Part shown: positions 10,988 through 19,881 of the stretch, piece by piece
Numbering within the stretch: position 1 is the stretch's first letter
Layout: every line of letters starts with the position of its first letter
NCBI GenBank assembly: GCA_039799905.1
Contig: JBDLRP010000021.1
Location: forward strand, 224,001-288,000
Reading direction: 5' to 3'
Length of the DNA: 64,000 bases
Origin: Pseudomonadota bacterium
GTDB lineage: Bacteria; Bdellovibrionota_B; Oligoflexia; Silvanigrellales; Silvanigrellaceae
Translations under genes and position numbers: made by a program
The notes under the pieces: generated by a model
What the model saw: only the letters and a program-made list of their open reading frames with translations
Database searches by the model: none
What the model was told of the DNA's origin: nothing

Positions 10988-12241
10988 TCACTCCAAATAC
11001 CAATACCAGTTTGATTTTGATGACTGCCATGAGCAGCCAAATGAATCAAAGTTCGCTAACTCTGAAATTCGAACTTTATCAAAAATCATATAAGAGCCGA
11101 CCTTTTGTCCCCATTGTCCACTGAAGGGTGTGCCGTCTCCCTTGATGTGGACACAATAGTATTTCGGCTCCGTATTGCGAAAGAAGAATAGAAAAGAGCG
11201 GGAATACTTTCCTTCGTTGCGGTCACGAATTTCACCAAACGACTGCGTTACCCGTCCCTGCTGAATATCCAACAAAAGCGCAAAGGCACCTTCAACAATT
11301 GCGGTGTATGGAGCCGGCACCGGCGGACGCTGGGAACCATCCGGGGGCGGTTGTCCGTTACCCCCAATAAGTCTGTCGGAGTTCAGTTGCCCTTTGCTGT
11401 TTGAAACAATCCAGTCGGCATATTGCCTGACGTCTGTGAAAACAGACAAACCATTCTCGCAGCGCGAGTAGCCCCACGAGGTCACACCCGACACAACAAG
11501 CCCGTTTGCATCAGATGTCGCAAACGCAGGACCGCCTGAGTCACCGCTGCACACGGCTTGCTCGTTATTGCTGGTCACCCTCAGCTGCTTCGAAGCAAGC
11601 AGAACTCCATTCAACGGCAGGGTGACCTTTCGCAATGTACCAGCACCGCCACCCGTGCGCTCTGAACCCGAGCCTTCGGTATAACTCAGACCAAAACCGG
11701 CCATCACGAGCGGCTCTCCGGCTGTCAGCACGAATGTTGCATTCGGAACCAGCGCAAGTGCAGTTCCCGTGGGAGCATCTTCACTCAATTCCACGAGCGC
11801 TATGTCGAATAAAGGCGCCGTTTCGCCCAACGGACGGTCGGGACTGTATTGCGGATGCGCTGAATAGCTCTGTACTGAGCGGGTCGTCAGACTTCCGGTG
11901 GTGAGCCCGAATCCAATCTTCAGACCATTGTTGTCCAATCCCGGATCCACAAAACAGTGCGCAGCCGAAAGCACCAGACGCGGGGCTATCAAAGTCCCGC
12001 TGCAGCGCATCTTGCCCGCGCTGTTCAGAAGGACAACTGTCGACGCTGCAATTGGGTCGCCCGACGTTACTTCCTGTCCACCAACAATGTATTTCCGCTG
12101 GCCATAGCTGACCCGGTCGTCTGTATCGGAGTTACTTTTCGTATTGCAAGCCAGAGAGGCAGTGCACAGAGACAGTAAACCAAACATCAACTGAACGGAG
12201 CATCGTCCCGTCGATGCCGAGGCAAACGATTTGCGATTCAT
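10988..12241 (-). CDS. Secreted trypsin-like (S1) serine protease, probable lipoprotein, with an extra C-terminal domain
   Basis: Lipobox SLAC, IVGG, LSAAHC, DIAL, CSGDSGGP; Pro-rich linker then about 100 further residues. Confidence 0.92.
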   Translation of the reverse strand: MNRKSFASASTGRCSVQLMFGLLSLCTASLACNTKSNSDTDDRVSYGQRKYIVGGQEVTSGDPIAASTVVLLNSAGKMRCSGTLIAPRLVLSAAHCFVDPGLDNNGLKIGFGLTTGSLTTRSVQSYSAHPQYSPDRPLGETAPLFDIALVELSEDAPTGTALALVPNATFVLTAGEPLVMAGFGLSYTEGSGSERTGGGAGTLRKVTLPLNGVLLASKQLRVTSNNEQAVCSGDSGGPAFATSDANGLVVSGVTSWGYSRCENGLSVFTDVRQYADWIVSNSKGQLNSDRLIGGNGQPPPDGSQRPPVPAPYTAIVEGAFALLLDIQQGRVTQSFGEIRDRNEGKYSRSFLFFFRNTEPKYYCVHIKGDGTPFSGQWGQKVGSYMIFDKVRISELANFDSFGCSWQSSKSNWYWYLE

Positions 12242-12278
12242 GATGGACTCTCCGACTCACACCAGGCCACTGCGGTGA

Positions 12279-12286
12279 CTATCGGC
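12279..12286 (-). promoter_or_regulatory. Possible sigma28 (FliA) -10 element for the protease gene
   Basis: GCCGATAG on the minus strand about 40 nt before the start codon; the -35 match is poor (GGAA). Confidence 0.3.
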
Positions 12287-12451
12287 ATCAAGTCGCGCGG
12301 ATTCCGGAAAAATTTGCCGACTGCGGCAAACAAGATTCATTTGGATAAAAACAGAAAGTTAAAATTGTTTTAAGACACATTAGAAGCTTAAAAGTTAAAT
12401 CGCGACGCTGTTGAACGCTTGTTTCATCCACTCATCTTTGTGAGGTCTGCG

Positions 12452-13216
12452 ATGCAAAATTCTGCTGGCGTAAATGCAATTCACTGTCTGATCGGGTCTG
12501 CGGCAGTCTTCCTTCCCACTGTCGCTACAGCTGAAACACCATCTGTTTCACTTGAACCAGCTCCGGTCGAGAAGGTCTTCGTGCCGCAGGGATTCGATAA
12601 CAATGACAATACAGAGGTCATCATTCAGGGGAGATTTCCCAACGCCTGCATGAAGACTGGGCCTGTCGGTGCGAAAATTGACACTCAAAATCAAGTCATC
12701 ACTCTCAAGCCTGAGGTCTATGTCTATCGCGGTGAACCCTGCGCACAGGTGGTTGTGCCATTCACCCAACGAGTGACTTTTGGGACACTGACCGCAGGAA
12801 CCTGGAAAATAATTGTCGAGGATATGCCGGCAATCAATCCTCTGCCGCTCGAAGTCGCACGTGCGCGCAGCGCCGCACCGGACGATTTTCTCTATGCCCC
12901 AGTCGAGGAGGTCGTTCTGCTTCCTGCAGGTATTTCCAACAGGCAAAAGCTTGTCATCAGCGGAAACTGGCCACAGATTCAGGGGCGTGGTTGTTTTTCT
13001 TTAAAGGAAATACGCACACACCTTGGCGCCGACAATACTCTTGTTGTCCAGCCAATTGCCGAGCTTCTTCCAGCCGCAAGGTGCTCTTCAGGCTCAGCTC
13101 GAAAGAGAGTTTTTCAGGGCTCGGTCGTCCTGGACAAGCCACTCAACAGCGACTCACTCATACATGTCAGAACACTCAATGGAGAGTCGCTGAATAAATT
13201 TTTTGAAGGTCAGTGA
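12452..13216 (+). CDS. Hypothetical secreted protein of a kind seen in Bdellovibrionota (two Ig-like repeats with Cys pairs)
   Basis: Signal peptide; VFVPQGFDNNDNTEVIIQGRFPNAC, DDFLYAPV, HVRTLNG; GAGG RBS. Confidence 0.7.
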   Translation: MQNSAGVNAIHCLIGSAAVFLPTVATAETPSVSLEPAPVEKVFVPQGFDNNDNTEVIIQGRFPNACMKTGPVGAKIDTQNQVITLKPEVYVYRGEPCAQVVVPFTQRVTFGTLTAGTWKIIVEDMPAINPLPLEVARARSAAPDDFLYAPVEEVVLLPAGISNRQKLVISGNWPQIQGRGCFSLKEIRTHLGADNTLVVQPIAELLPAARCSSGSARKRVFQGSVVLDKPLNSDSLIHVRTLNGESLNKFFEGQ

Positions 13217-13248
13217 ATGCATCAAACAAATCGCGGCTGGAGGCAAAT

Positions 13249-14181
13249 ATGAAGGCGGAATACAGCACAGTTACGAAGAATATCGTCTCCGTTTCATTCG
13301 CTCTTCTTACGATTTTTGCAACCGCGTGCGGTCAAAGACCTTGGTCTGCCGAGAGCGTGGAGTCGGAACTGAATATTGTTGGCGGTCAAGCGGTTGGGTC
13401 GGATGTCGATGATGCGCGCAGACTCTCCACAGTCGCTCTAACGACTGACCACCGCAGCGCAAGAAGAACGGATAATCCCCATCTTCTCAGTCAGGGGCGC
13501 TCCTTCTGCTCGGCCACAATTATCGCTCCACGAGTGTTGATGACCGCCGCGCACTGTTTGCAGGATTTCAACCCTCAGACGAATACTAAATCCTCGTCAT
13601 TTATTCTGCCCTCGACTTCTGCGTTCATCGCCTATTTCGGAACACGAGTTGCGATGCAGGGAGAATGGCTGCGTGCCGTGAATGTCATTGCCCATCCAGA
13701 ATGGAATCCTGCACTCACACTGCAGGCTGGAGGCGGTCTGCCGGCGCATGACATCGGACTTGTCATTCTTGAAAAGGATGTTCCGGCTCCCTACACACCC
13801 GTCGCCATTGCAGATGAATCACTCAGCGTCCAGGTGAGTCTGCCCGTAACGATTGTCGGATATGGTGTCACCCGCAGCCGCAGAAACAACAACACCGGCA
13901 CTCTTCGTCAGGTGACAGTGCCGCTTAAAAAGATTGACACGCATGCTCAATTGTTGGGTGTTGGCGCATTCATGCGAGGGGCTTGTGCAGGCGACTCGGG
14001 CGGCCCCATGTACATCCGCGGCGAAGATAAAAAATGGTCGGTGATTGGCGTGACATCGGCAGGAACCGAAATCTTTCAAAACTGCATTGGCTTAGACAAC
14101 ACTTTCACTGACGCACGAGCGTATAAAAAATGGATTGAGTCCTCACTGGCAGAAAATGGGCTGGCAATAAAAAATCAATGA
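13249..14181 (+). CDS. Secreted trypsin-like (S1) serine protease, probable lipoprotein
   Basis: Lipobox ATAC, IVGG, TAAHC, HDIG, CAGDSGGP; GGAGG RBS. Confidence 0.92.
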   Translation: MKAEYSTVTKNIVSVSFALLTIFATACGQRPWSAESVESELNIVGGQAVGSDVDDARRLSTVALTTDHRSARRTDNPHLLSQGRSFCSATIIAPRVLMTAAHCLQDFNPQTNTKSSSFILPSTSAFIAYFGTRVAMQGEWLRAVNVIAHPEWNPALTLQAGGGLPAHDIGLVILEKDVPAPYTPVAIADESLSVQVSLPVTIVGYGVTRSRRNNNTGTLRQVTVPLKKIDTHAQLLGVGAFMRGACAGDSGGPMYIRGEDKKWSVIGVTSAGTEIFQNCIGLDNTFTDARAYKKWIESSLAENGLAIKNQ

Positions 14182-14203
14182 AGAACTTGCAGCCTGAATA
14201 ACA

Positions 14204-15253
14204 TCAGGTTGACGAGCTGATACCTGCTGCCACCAGATCATGCAGGCGGAGCAAGCCAAGTGCCTTTCCGGATTCATTGATAATCGGCAGTGCATTGAGC
14301 GGACGGGGGCGGTTTTCCATCAACTGGAGTGCCTCAACCGCCAGCGTACCCGAGGGCAAAGTCACCGGCTTTGAATTCATGATGTCTGCGACAATGGCAT
14401 CAAAAACGGCCGGACCGCGTGCTTCCATGGCAGAGCGCAGATCACGCTCTGCGATAAAACCGATCAGCGAGTCTGTCTCGTCAACCACAAGCAAGGCGCC
14501 AAGAGCGCATTCTGTCATCCGCGAAACACAGCGCATAAAATTTTCGGACGGTGAAATGCGCGGAAGATAACGTCCGCCCACCATCAGATCATCCACACGC
14601 ACAAAAATTCGCTTACCGATGGCACCACCCGGATGATTCCGGGCATACGCTGAAATATCGAACAAGCGCCGCTCCATTGTTGCAGCAACCAACAATTGCC
14701 CGAGGGCAAGAGTGGTGACCGTGCTCGTCAGCGGAGCCTGCCCAAGCGGACAAGCCTCACCCTGAACCGGCATCTGCAAAACAACATCACAGTTTTGCGC
14801 CAGCGGTGAATCTGGACGAGCAGTGAAAGCGACAAGTTTGCAGCCTCGATCGCGCAACAGCGGAACAATTGCAAGCAGCTCGGCGCTGCGTCCGTTGTTG
14901 GAAATCATCAAGACCGGATCATTGCCGGCAACCGATCCCAAATCGCCATGCAGCGCTTCGGTAGGATGCAAAAAACGCGCCTGAATTCCGACACTGGCAA
15001 GCATCGAGACAAGCACTTGCGCAACGCCGCCGGACTTTCCGACAGCCACAAAATAAACCGTTTGGGTGTGGGCGGGTGATAATTTTGCAGGTTCATTCGT
15101 TTGCCTGATCCGACACCCGCAAATGAGTTCAACAACTTCGGAAAAGGCAGTTTGGAATGATTTTGAAGTGCTTAGCTGAATGCCCAATTGCTCAATACTG
15201 CGACTCATATGACCAGCACGCTGTGCAGCACTCACCAGTACATCGAGATCCAT
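14204..15253 (-). CDS. kdsD: KpsF/GutQ family arabinose-5-phosphate isomerase (SIS + 2 CBS)
   Basis: VGKSG, HPTEALHGDLG, EACPLGQAPLTSTV, NHPGGAIGK, C-terminal CBS pair. Confidence 0.92.
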   Translation of the reverse strand: MDLDVLVSAAQRAGHMSRSIEQLGIQLSTSKSFQTAFSEVVELICGCRIRQTNEPAKLSPAHTQTVYFVAVGKSGGVAQVLVSMLASVGIQARFLHPTEALHGDLGSVAGNDPVLMISNNGRSAELLAIVPLLRDRGCKLVAFTARPDSPLAQNCDVVLQMPVQGEACPLGQAPLTSTVTTLALGQLLVAATMERRLFDISAYARNHPGGAIGKRIFVRVDDLMVGGRYLPRISPSENFMRCVSRMTECALGALLVVDETDSLIGFIAERDLRSAMEARGPAVFDAIVADIMNSKPVTLPSGTLAVEALQLMENRPRPLNALPIINESGKALGLLRLHDLVAAGISSST

Positions 15254-15891
15254 CAGTGCACGTCCACCTTCACGGGCATGACAAATACACTTGCAGGAGA
15301 ACTCTCTTGTGCGCGCAGGTCCGACTCGCCTGCAACCGTATCTTCCGGATCCATTATCTGGCTACTTGGACGCAGAGGATCACGTCGTCTGCGGATCCGC
15401 TCGGCTCTCTTAGGCATCGCCTGAGAGTTGATCTCGTCGAGCATCTTGTTCGCTTCATCAAGCTGATCGTCCATCATATCGGGAGTCAAGTCGTCTATCT
15501 GCACACCGAACGCCTTTTCCACCGGACTCCCCATGTCGACACCGGCGAGGTCCTCGAGACTGCGCCACTGTGCCTCTTGAAGCGAGACAAGACGCTTTGA
15601 GAACTCCATCTGCCATGCAGCGAGTGCTTCTTGTCGTTCACAAAGTTCTTCCAAAACTCCATGAATCAGACTGAGCTGATCCTGAGTTTCGGCGAGCAGT
15701 CTCTTCAATTCCGATGGTGAAGTTTCTTTGATTGTGCGCCGTGGAGAATTTTTAAGAGGAAGTTCACGTGCGGCGTTCGCACCGGCGCGTCTGAGCGAAG
15801 CTGCAACCTGAGGCGAATCACCCGCAGGTTTTGCGGCACGCGAGCGGGCCTTGCTCTGACTCTCTGCTTTTCCTTTGCGAACTTCAGTCAT
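15253..15891 (-). CDS. Hypothetical protein with a central coiled coil and disordered ends
   Basis: 212 aa ORF; stop overlaps the kdsD start; GGAG RBS. Confidence 0.7.
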   Translation of the reverse strand: MTEVRKGKAESQSKARSRAAKPAGDSPQVAASLRRAGANAARELPLKNSPRRTIKETSPSELKRLLAETQDQLSLIHGVLEELCERQEALAAWQMEFSKRLVSLQEAQWRSLEDLAGVDMGSPVEKAFGVQIDDLTPDMMDDQLDEANKMLDEINSQAMPKRAERIRRRRDPLRPSSQIMDPEDTVAGESDLRAQESSPASVFVMPVKVDVH

Positions 15892-15959
15892 TCAGCGGGA
15901 CTCCAAATGCAAAAAGACAATGCTCTCACACCATCCGAACCGACAGACCAAAGCGCAAA

Positions 15960-17021
15960 TCAGGCCTCAAGATGGGCGTCAACGACACCGTCCTTTGCCT
16001 CAGGCTGTGACATAGGTGGAGGATTCTTGTCAAAGAGAATGTTGCCGTTTTTGTTAATTGCCTCATGTTGATGCATTGCCTGCCAGAAGTTGGGATCAGG
16101 CATCACTCCCACCTCAAAGGGCGAGTTCTCGAACAGAGCCTGCTGGCCTTCAACGATGCCGTTCCTGATGTTCAGGCTGAAAGCCTGCATATCTTCGGGC
16201 GACTCTGTGAGTCCAGAAACCCGCAGGAAGATAGTGCGAATCCATCCATCTTGGCCCGCGTTCGGCGGCAGGATTGCACCTAAGACCGCAGCCTCTATGC
16301 TGGAGTTGGCTGCCAGAGCATCGGCTGCATGGGCACGCTGCTCCGCTGTAAAGACGTCCGGAGGGAAGGCAACCTGCATTTGACCGTCTCCACCGCCAGC
16401 CTCTGCGCCCTGTTCAGGATTGCCGGCCGCAATTTGAACCGGACTATTGGCGGTTTGAGGAACAATGCCCATGGCGAGTTGGCGGTATTCGACCTTGTTC
16501 AGAATAATGAAGGGGGCGCTGCCAGGGTTGACGACAATGACTTCGGCCGGACTCGGCTCGAGAAGTTTGAAGATGTCCTGCCCCTTGACGGACACATATT
16601 GACCGCCGTCAGGACGCCAGCGCCGTGCGGCAGCTCCGCTTGTGAATGCTGCGGCAAAGGGCGTCCCTGCTGAATTCTGAAGAATTGCGACGGTCATATT
16701 CTGACCATCTTCACCCGCCGCTGGTGCAGCGTTGGGATCCGGCTCGGCGAGTGCGAGGAGAAGCTCGGAGAAAAGTAATTCCTGATAAACTTTTCTGCGG
16801 CTGTCAGGGGTATCGTTACGTGCATTCTCGACCATGGCCAACTCAAGATACTCTGCTGCCTTGGGTTCACCTGATTCCTGACCAGATTCTTGTGCGGTAC
16901 TTGCTCCGACGTCGGAGTTTTGCGCCGGAACAGCCGACTGTGCCGTCGAGGCAGCAGCCGAGTTCGCTGGAGTTTTCGCCGATTCCGCTTCACGCTTGCC
17001 GAACAATTTCTTGAGAACCAT
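15960..17021 (-). CDS. SseB family protein (SseB N and SseB C-like domains)
   Basis: YQELLFSELL, FAAAFTS, VIVVNPGS pattern; GAGG before ATG 17021. Confidence 0.7.
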   Translation of the reverse strand: MVLKKLFGKREAESAKTPANSAAASTAQSAVPAQNSDVGASTAQESGQESGEPKAAEYLELAMVENARNDTPDSRRKVYQELLFSELLLALAEPDPNAAPAAGEDGQNMTVAILQNSAGTPFAAAFTSGAAARRWRPDGGQYVSVKGQDIFKLLEPSPAEVIVVNPGSAPFIILNKVEYRQLAMGIVPQTANSPVQIAAGNPEQGAEAGGGDGQMQVAFPPDVFTAEQRAHAADALAANSSIEAAVLGAILPPNAGQDGWIRTIFLRVSGLTESPEDMQAFSLNIRNGIVEGQQALFENSPFEVGVMPDPNFWQAMHQHEAINKNGNILFDKNPPPMSQPEAKDGVVDAHLEA

Positions 17022-17119
17022 AAACGCCTCTTGGATAAGCAGAGCCAAAACCACTTGTAAACTGCACCGAAGAAGGATGCCCCGAAGAGGTAGCCTTTGC
17101 AAGCAATCTGCAAGTCAGT

Positions 17120-19852
17120 TCATCGATATTTTCTGCGCTTGGCTTCTCGCCAGAGCTCGTCCCAGACGTCCAGACTCAAGCCTTTTGCATACTCCTCAGT
17201 GACGTCAGCACCACGCTCGCGAAGAATGTTCTCCATTCCTTCAAATCGCGAAAGAAACTTGGCAACGCTCGCACGCACCGACAAATCAAAGTCGAGCTCA
17301 GACCCGTCCTTGAGATGCGTTTGATTGAGATAGACGACGACGTTGGTCAGCGCGAAAACGATGTCACCCAGTTCATCGGCAACCTTCTGCCAATCCGGCT
17401 TCTCGACGAAAAGCTCTCGCCGTAGTTCCTCAACTTCAGAAGTCAAATCCGCAAATGTTTGATCAAGAGTTTTCCATGCAAATCCAAGCTTCCACGAAGA
17501 TTTTGAAACGGCGGAAGAATAGCTCAACGTCGGTTGGGCATGCTTTTGGGCAGCCTTGTGGAGCAGCGATTTACTTTGCACCGGCCCATCTTTGTTCTCC
17601 GCCGACTTAATCACATCCCATTGCTTCACAACTTCACCCGCCGTGGTCAGCGTTCCGCTTTCAGGAGCAAAAACGTGCGGATGCCTGCGGATCATCTTTT
17701 CGATGATGCCCCTAAAAACGTCGGACACTTTAAAATGCATCTTCTCGGAAGCAATCTGCGAATTGAGATAAATCTGCAGCAGCACATCTCCGAGTTCGCC
17801 GCAGTAGTTGCGCGCCGATTTCTCATCGCCTTCTTTCGCATAAAGCGCGGCGGCTTCAACAGCCTCATAGGCCTCTTCAATCAGGTAAGATCGCAACGAT
17901 TCAATTGATTGCTCCTTGTCCCACGGACAGCCATCCGGCGCCCGCAGGGCGGCGACGGTCTTTGCAAACAACACTGAATTCAATGCGAGCGAGTACATCT
18001 CGCGGCCGGCATTCAACGTCAGCGGCTGGGCGAGCTTGTAATGCTGGGCAGGATCACCGGAATTTTTTTTTTGTGCCTCTGCCGACTCGCGGGAGATTTT
18101 TTTGTCGGAACCGCCCTGCACAAGATTGATGAGACTCGGCTCGTACTCCGACGGAGAGTCAAAACCTGCCAACTGAAAGATTGTTGCTGCTACGTTGGCA
18201 AGACCTGCTTTCGGCAAATCTTCACGCATTTCAAGAACGCACGGGAGAATTTCCGAATTAAAGATAGCAAATGGAACAGGCGACAGCGTGTGGCTGGTCT
18301 TTGCACGCGGCAATCCATTTTCGCCCATTTGGATTTGGCCGGTTTTTTTGTCTGCTTCAAACATCTCGTCCGCGTTGCCGTGGTCCGCTGTCACAACAAC
18401 GATCGTGTTGGTCTCGCGCGCAGCGGAAAGTATGCGACCCAATGCCAAATCGGCAGCTGCAACCGACAATAACGTGGCAGCAAAATCTCCGGTGTGACCA
18501 ACCATGTCGCCGTTGGCGAAATTGATTCGTCCGACACGGAATGAGTTTTTACGCATCTCGGCGATGGTGCGGTCGGCAATCTCGGCGGATTTCATCCACG
18601 GACGATCCGAAAATGAAGACATATCGGATGGAATTTCGACATAGTGCTCGAGTTCGTCGTTGAATTTTCCGCTGCGATTTCCATTCCAGAAATAGGTCAC
18701 ATGCCCATATTTTTGCGTCTCGCTGCAGGCAAATTGTCTGACTCCGGCGGAGGAAAATAGCTCACCCATCGTATTGCTGATTTGCGGTGGTTCGACCAGA
18801 TATATTTCGGGCAGCTTGAGGTCGCCGTCATATTGCATCATGCCTGCGTAAACTACGCTCGGAAATCTTTTTCGCGTGAATGCCGAAAAATTCTTTTCCG
18901 TCAGTGCCCGGCTTATTTGAATGGCGCGGTCACCGCGGAAATTGAAAAAAACAAAACTGTCACCATCATTCACTGCACCGATGGGTTTGCCATTGGTTCC
19001 AATCACAAACGGAGGAAGATTCTGGTCAGTTTTGAGCCCCTCGCTGCGGAATGTCTTCAACGCGTCATCGAGAGATGCAAACTCGCGCGCCTCGCCCAAA
19101 ACATGGGCGTTGTATCCGCGCTCGACTATCGACCAATCGCTGTCATAACGATCCATGGTGACAAACATTCTTCCGCCGCCACTGGCGACACGGCAATCGA
19201 ATTGAGTGTCGTTGACTGAGTCGAGAAACTCGCGCAATTGACCAGCGTAGATTTCAGCAGTGTCTGGACCGACATCGCGTCCGTCCAACAAAACATGCAG
19301 ACGCACCTGTCGCACGCCATCATTTTTTGCAGCACGAATCAGCGCAAACAAATGAGCAATGTGGCTGTGGACGTTGCCATCGGAAAGCAACCCGCAAAAA
19401 TGCAGGCAGGCGCTGCCGCTTTTGAGTTCCTGCCGGTGCACCGCCGACTGCCAGCCACGCCCTTCAAAAAGGCGACCACTTTCGATTGCGGCATTTACGA
19501 GTTTTGCGCCCTGCGCAAAGACGCGCCCAGCACCGAGGGCATTGTGACCGACCTCGCTGTTGCCCATATCGTCGGCAGACGGAAGTCCAACGCTGGGACC
19601 ATGTGCCAGGAGTGTCCTGCTCAGGGGTTGCTGCATCAGGCGCGTGAGGTGCGGTGTGTAAGCCGCGGCAACCGCATTGCCCGAAACAAAGGCAGCAGAG
19701 GGCAAAACCCCTGCGTGACGGTCGAGTTGCAGTGTGAGATTGTCTTGGGTGTCCTTCCAACCGACACCATCAAGAACCACGACAAGTACTTTGTGGTCGA
19801 TGCTGTTGTTCAGGATAGAATGACGCAGACCGGATGACATTTGGGTTGCCAT
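17120..19852 (-). CDS. gpmI-mazG: Fusion of 2,3-BPG-independent phosphoglycerate mutase and MazG nucleoside-triphosphate pyrophosphohydrolase
   Basis: iPGM: VLDGVG, MGNSEVGHN, SDGNVHSH, FNFRGDR, ETQKYGHVTYF, NGDMVGHTG, TADHGNAD, TSHT. MazG: LRAPDGCPWDKEQ, EEAYE, ELGDVLLQ, RRHPHVF, second ELGD. One uninterrupted frame. Confidence 0.92.
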   Translation of the reverse strand: MATQMSSGLRHSILNNSIDHKVLVVVLDGVGWKDTQDNLTLQLDRHAGVLPSAAFVSGNAVAAAYTPHLTRLMQQPLSRTLLAHGPSVGLPSADDMGNSEVGHNALGAGRVFAQGAKLVNAAIESGRLFEGRGWQSAVHRQELKSGSACLHFCGLLSDGNVHSHIAHLFALIRAAKNDGVRQVRLHVLLDGRDVGPDTAEIYAGQLREFLDSVNDTQFDCRVASGGGRMFVTMDRYDSDWSIVERGYNAHVLGEAREFASLDDALKTFRSEGLKTDQNLPPFVIGTNGKPIGAVNDGDSFVFFNFRGDRAIQISRALTEKNFSAFTRKRFPSVVYAGMMQYDGDLKLPEIYLVEPPQISNTMGELFSSAGVRQFACSETQKYGHVTYFWNGNRSGKFNDELEHYVEIPSDMSSFSDRPWMKSAEIADRTIAEMRKNSFRVGRINFANGDMVGHTGDFAATLLSVAAADLALGRILSAARETNTIVVVTADHGNADEMFEADKKTGQIQMGENGLPRAKTSHTLSPVPFAIFNSEILPCVLEMREDLPKAGLANVAATIFQLAGFDSPSEYEPSLINLVQGGSDKKISRESAEAQKKNSGDPAQHYKLAQPLTLNAGREMYSLALNSVLFAKTVAALRAPDGCPWDKEQSIESLRSYLIEEAYEAVEAAALYAKEGDEKSARNYCGELGDVLLQIYLNSQIASEKMHFKVSDVFRGIIEKMIRRHPHVFAPESGTLTTAGEVVKQWDVIKSAENKDGPVQSKSLLHKAAQKHAQPTLSYSSAVSKSSWKLGFAWKTLDQTFADLTSEVEELRRELFVEKPDWQKVADELGDIVFALTNVVVYLNQTHLKDGSELDFDLSVRASVAKFLSRFEGMENILRERGADVTEEYAKGLSLDVWDELWREAKRRKYR

Positions 19853-19881
19853 ATTTGAACTTTCTTTGAATCGGGGCTTGC

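Noticed and set aside
17120..18000. MazG as part of an anti-phage or toxin-antitoxin locus
   Set aside because: It is the two-domain housekeeping type, with no mazEF or defence genes nearby
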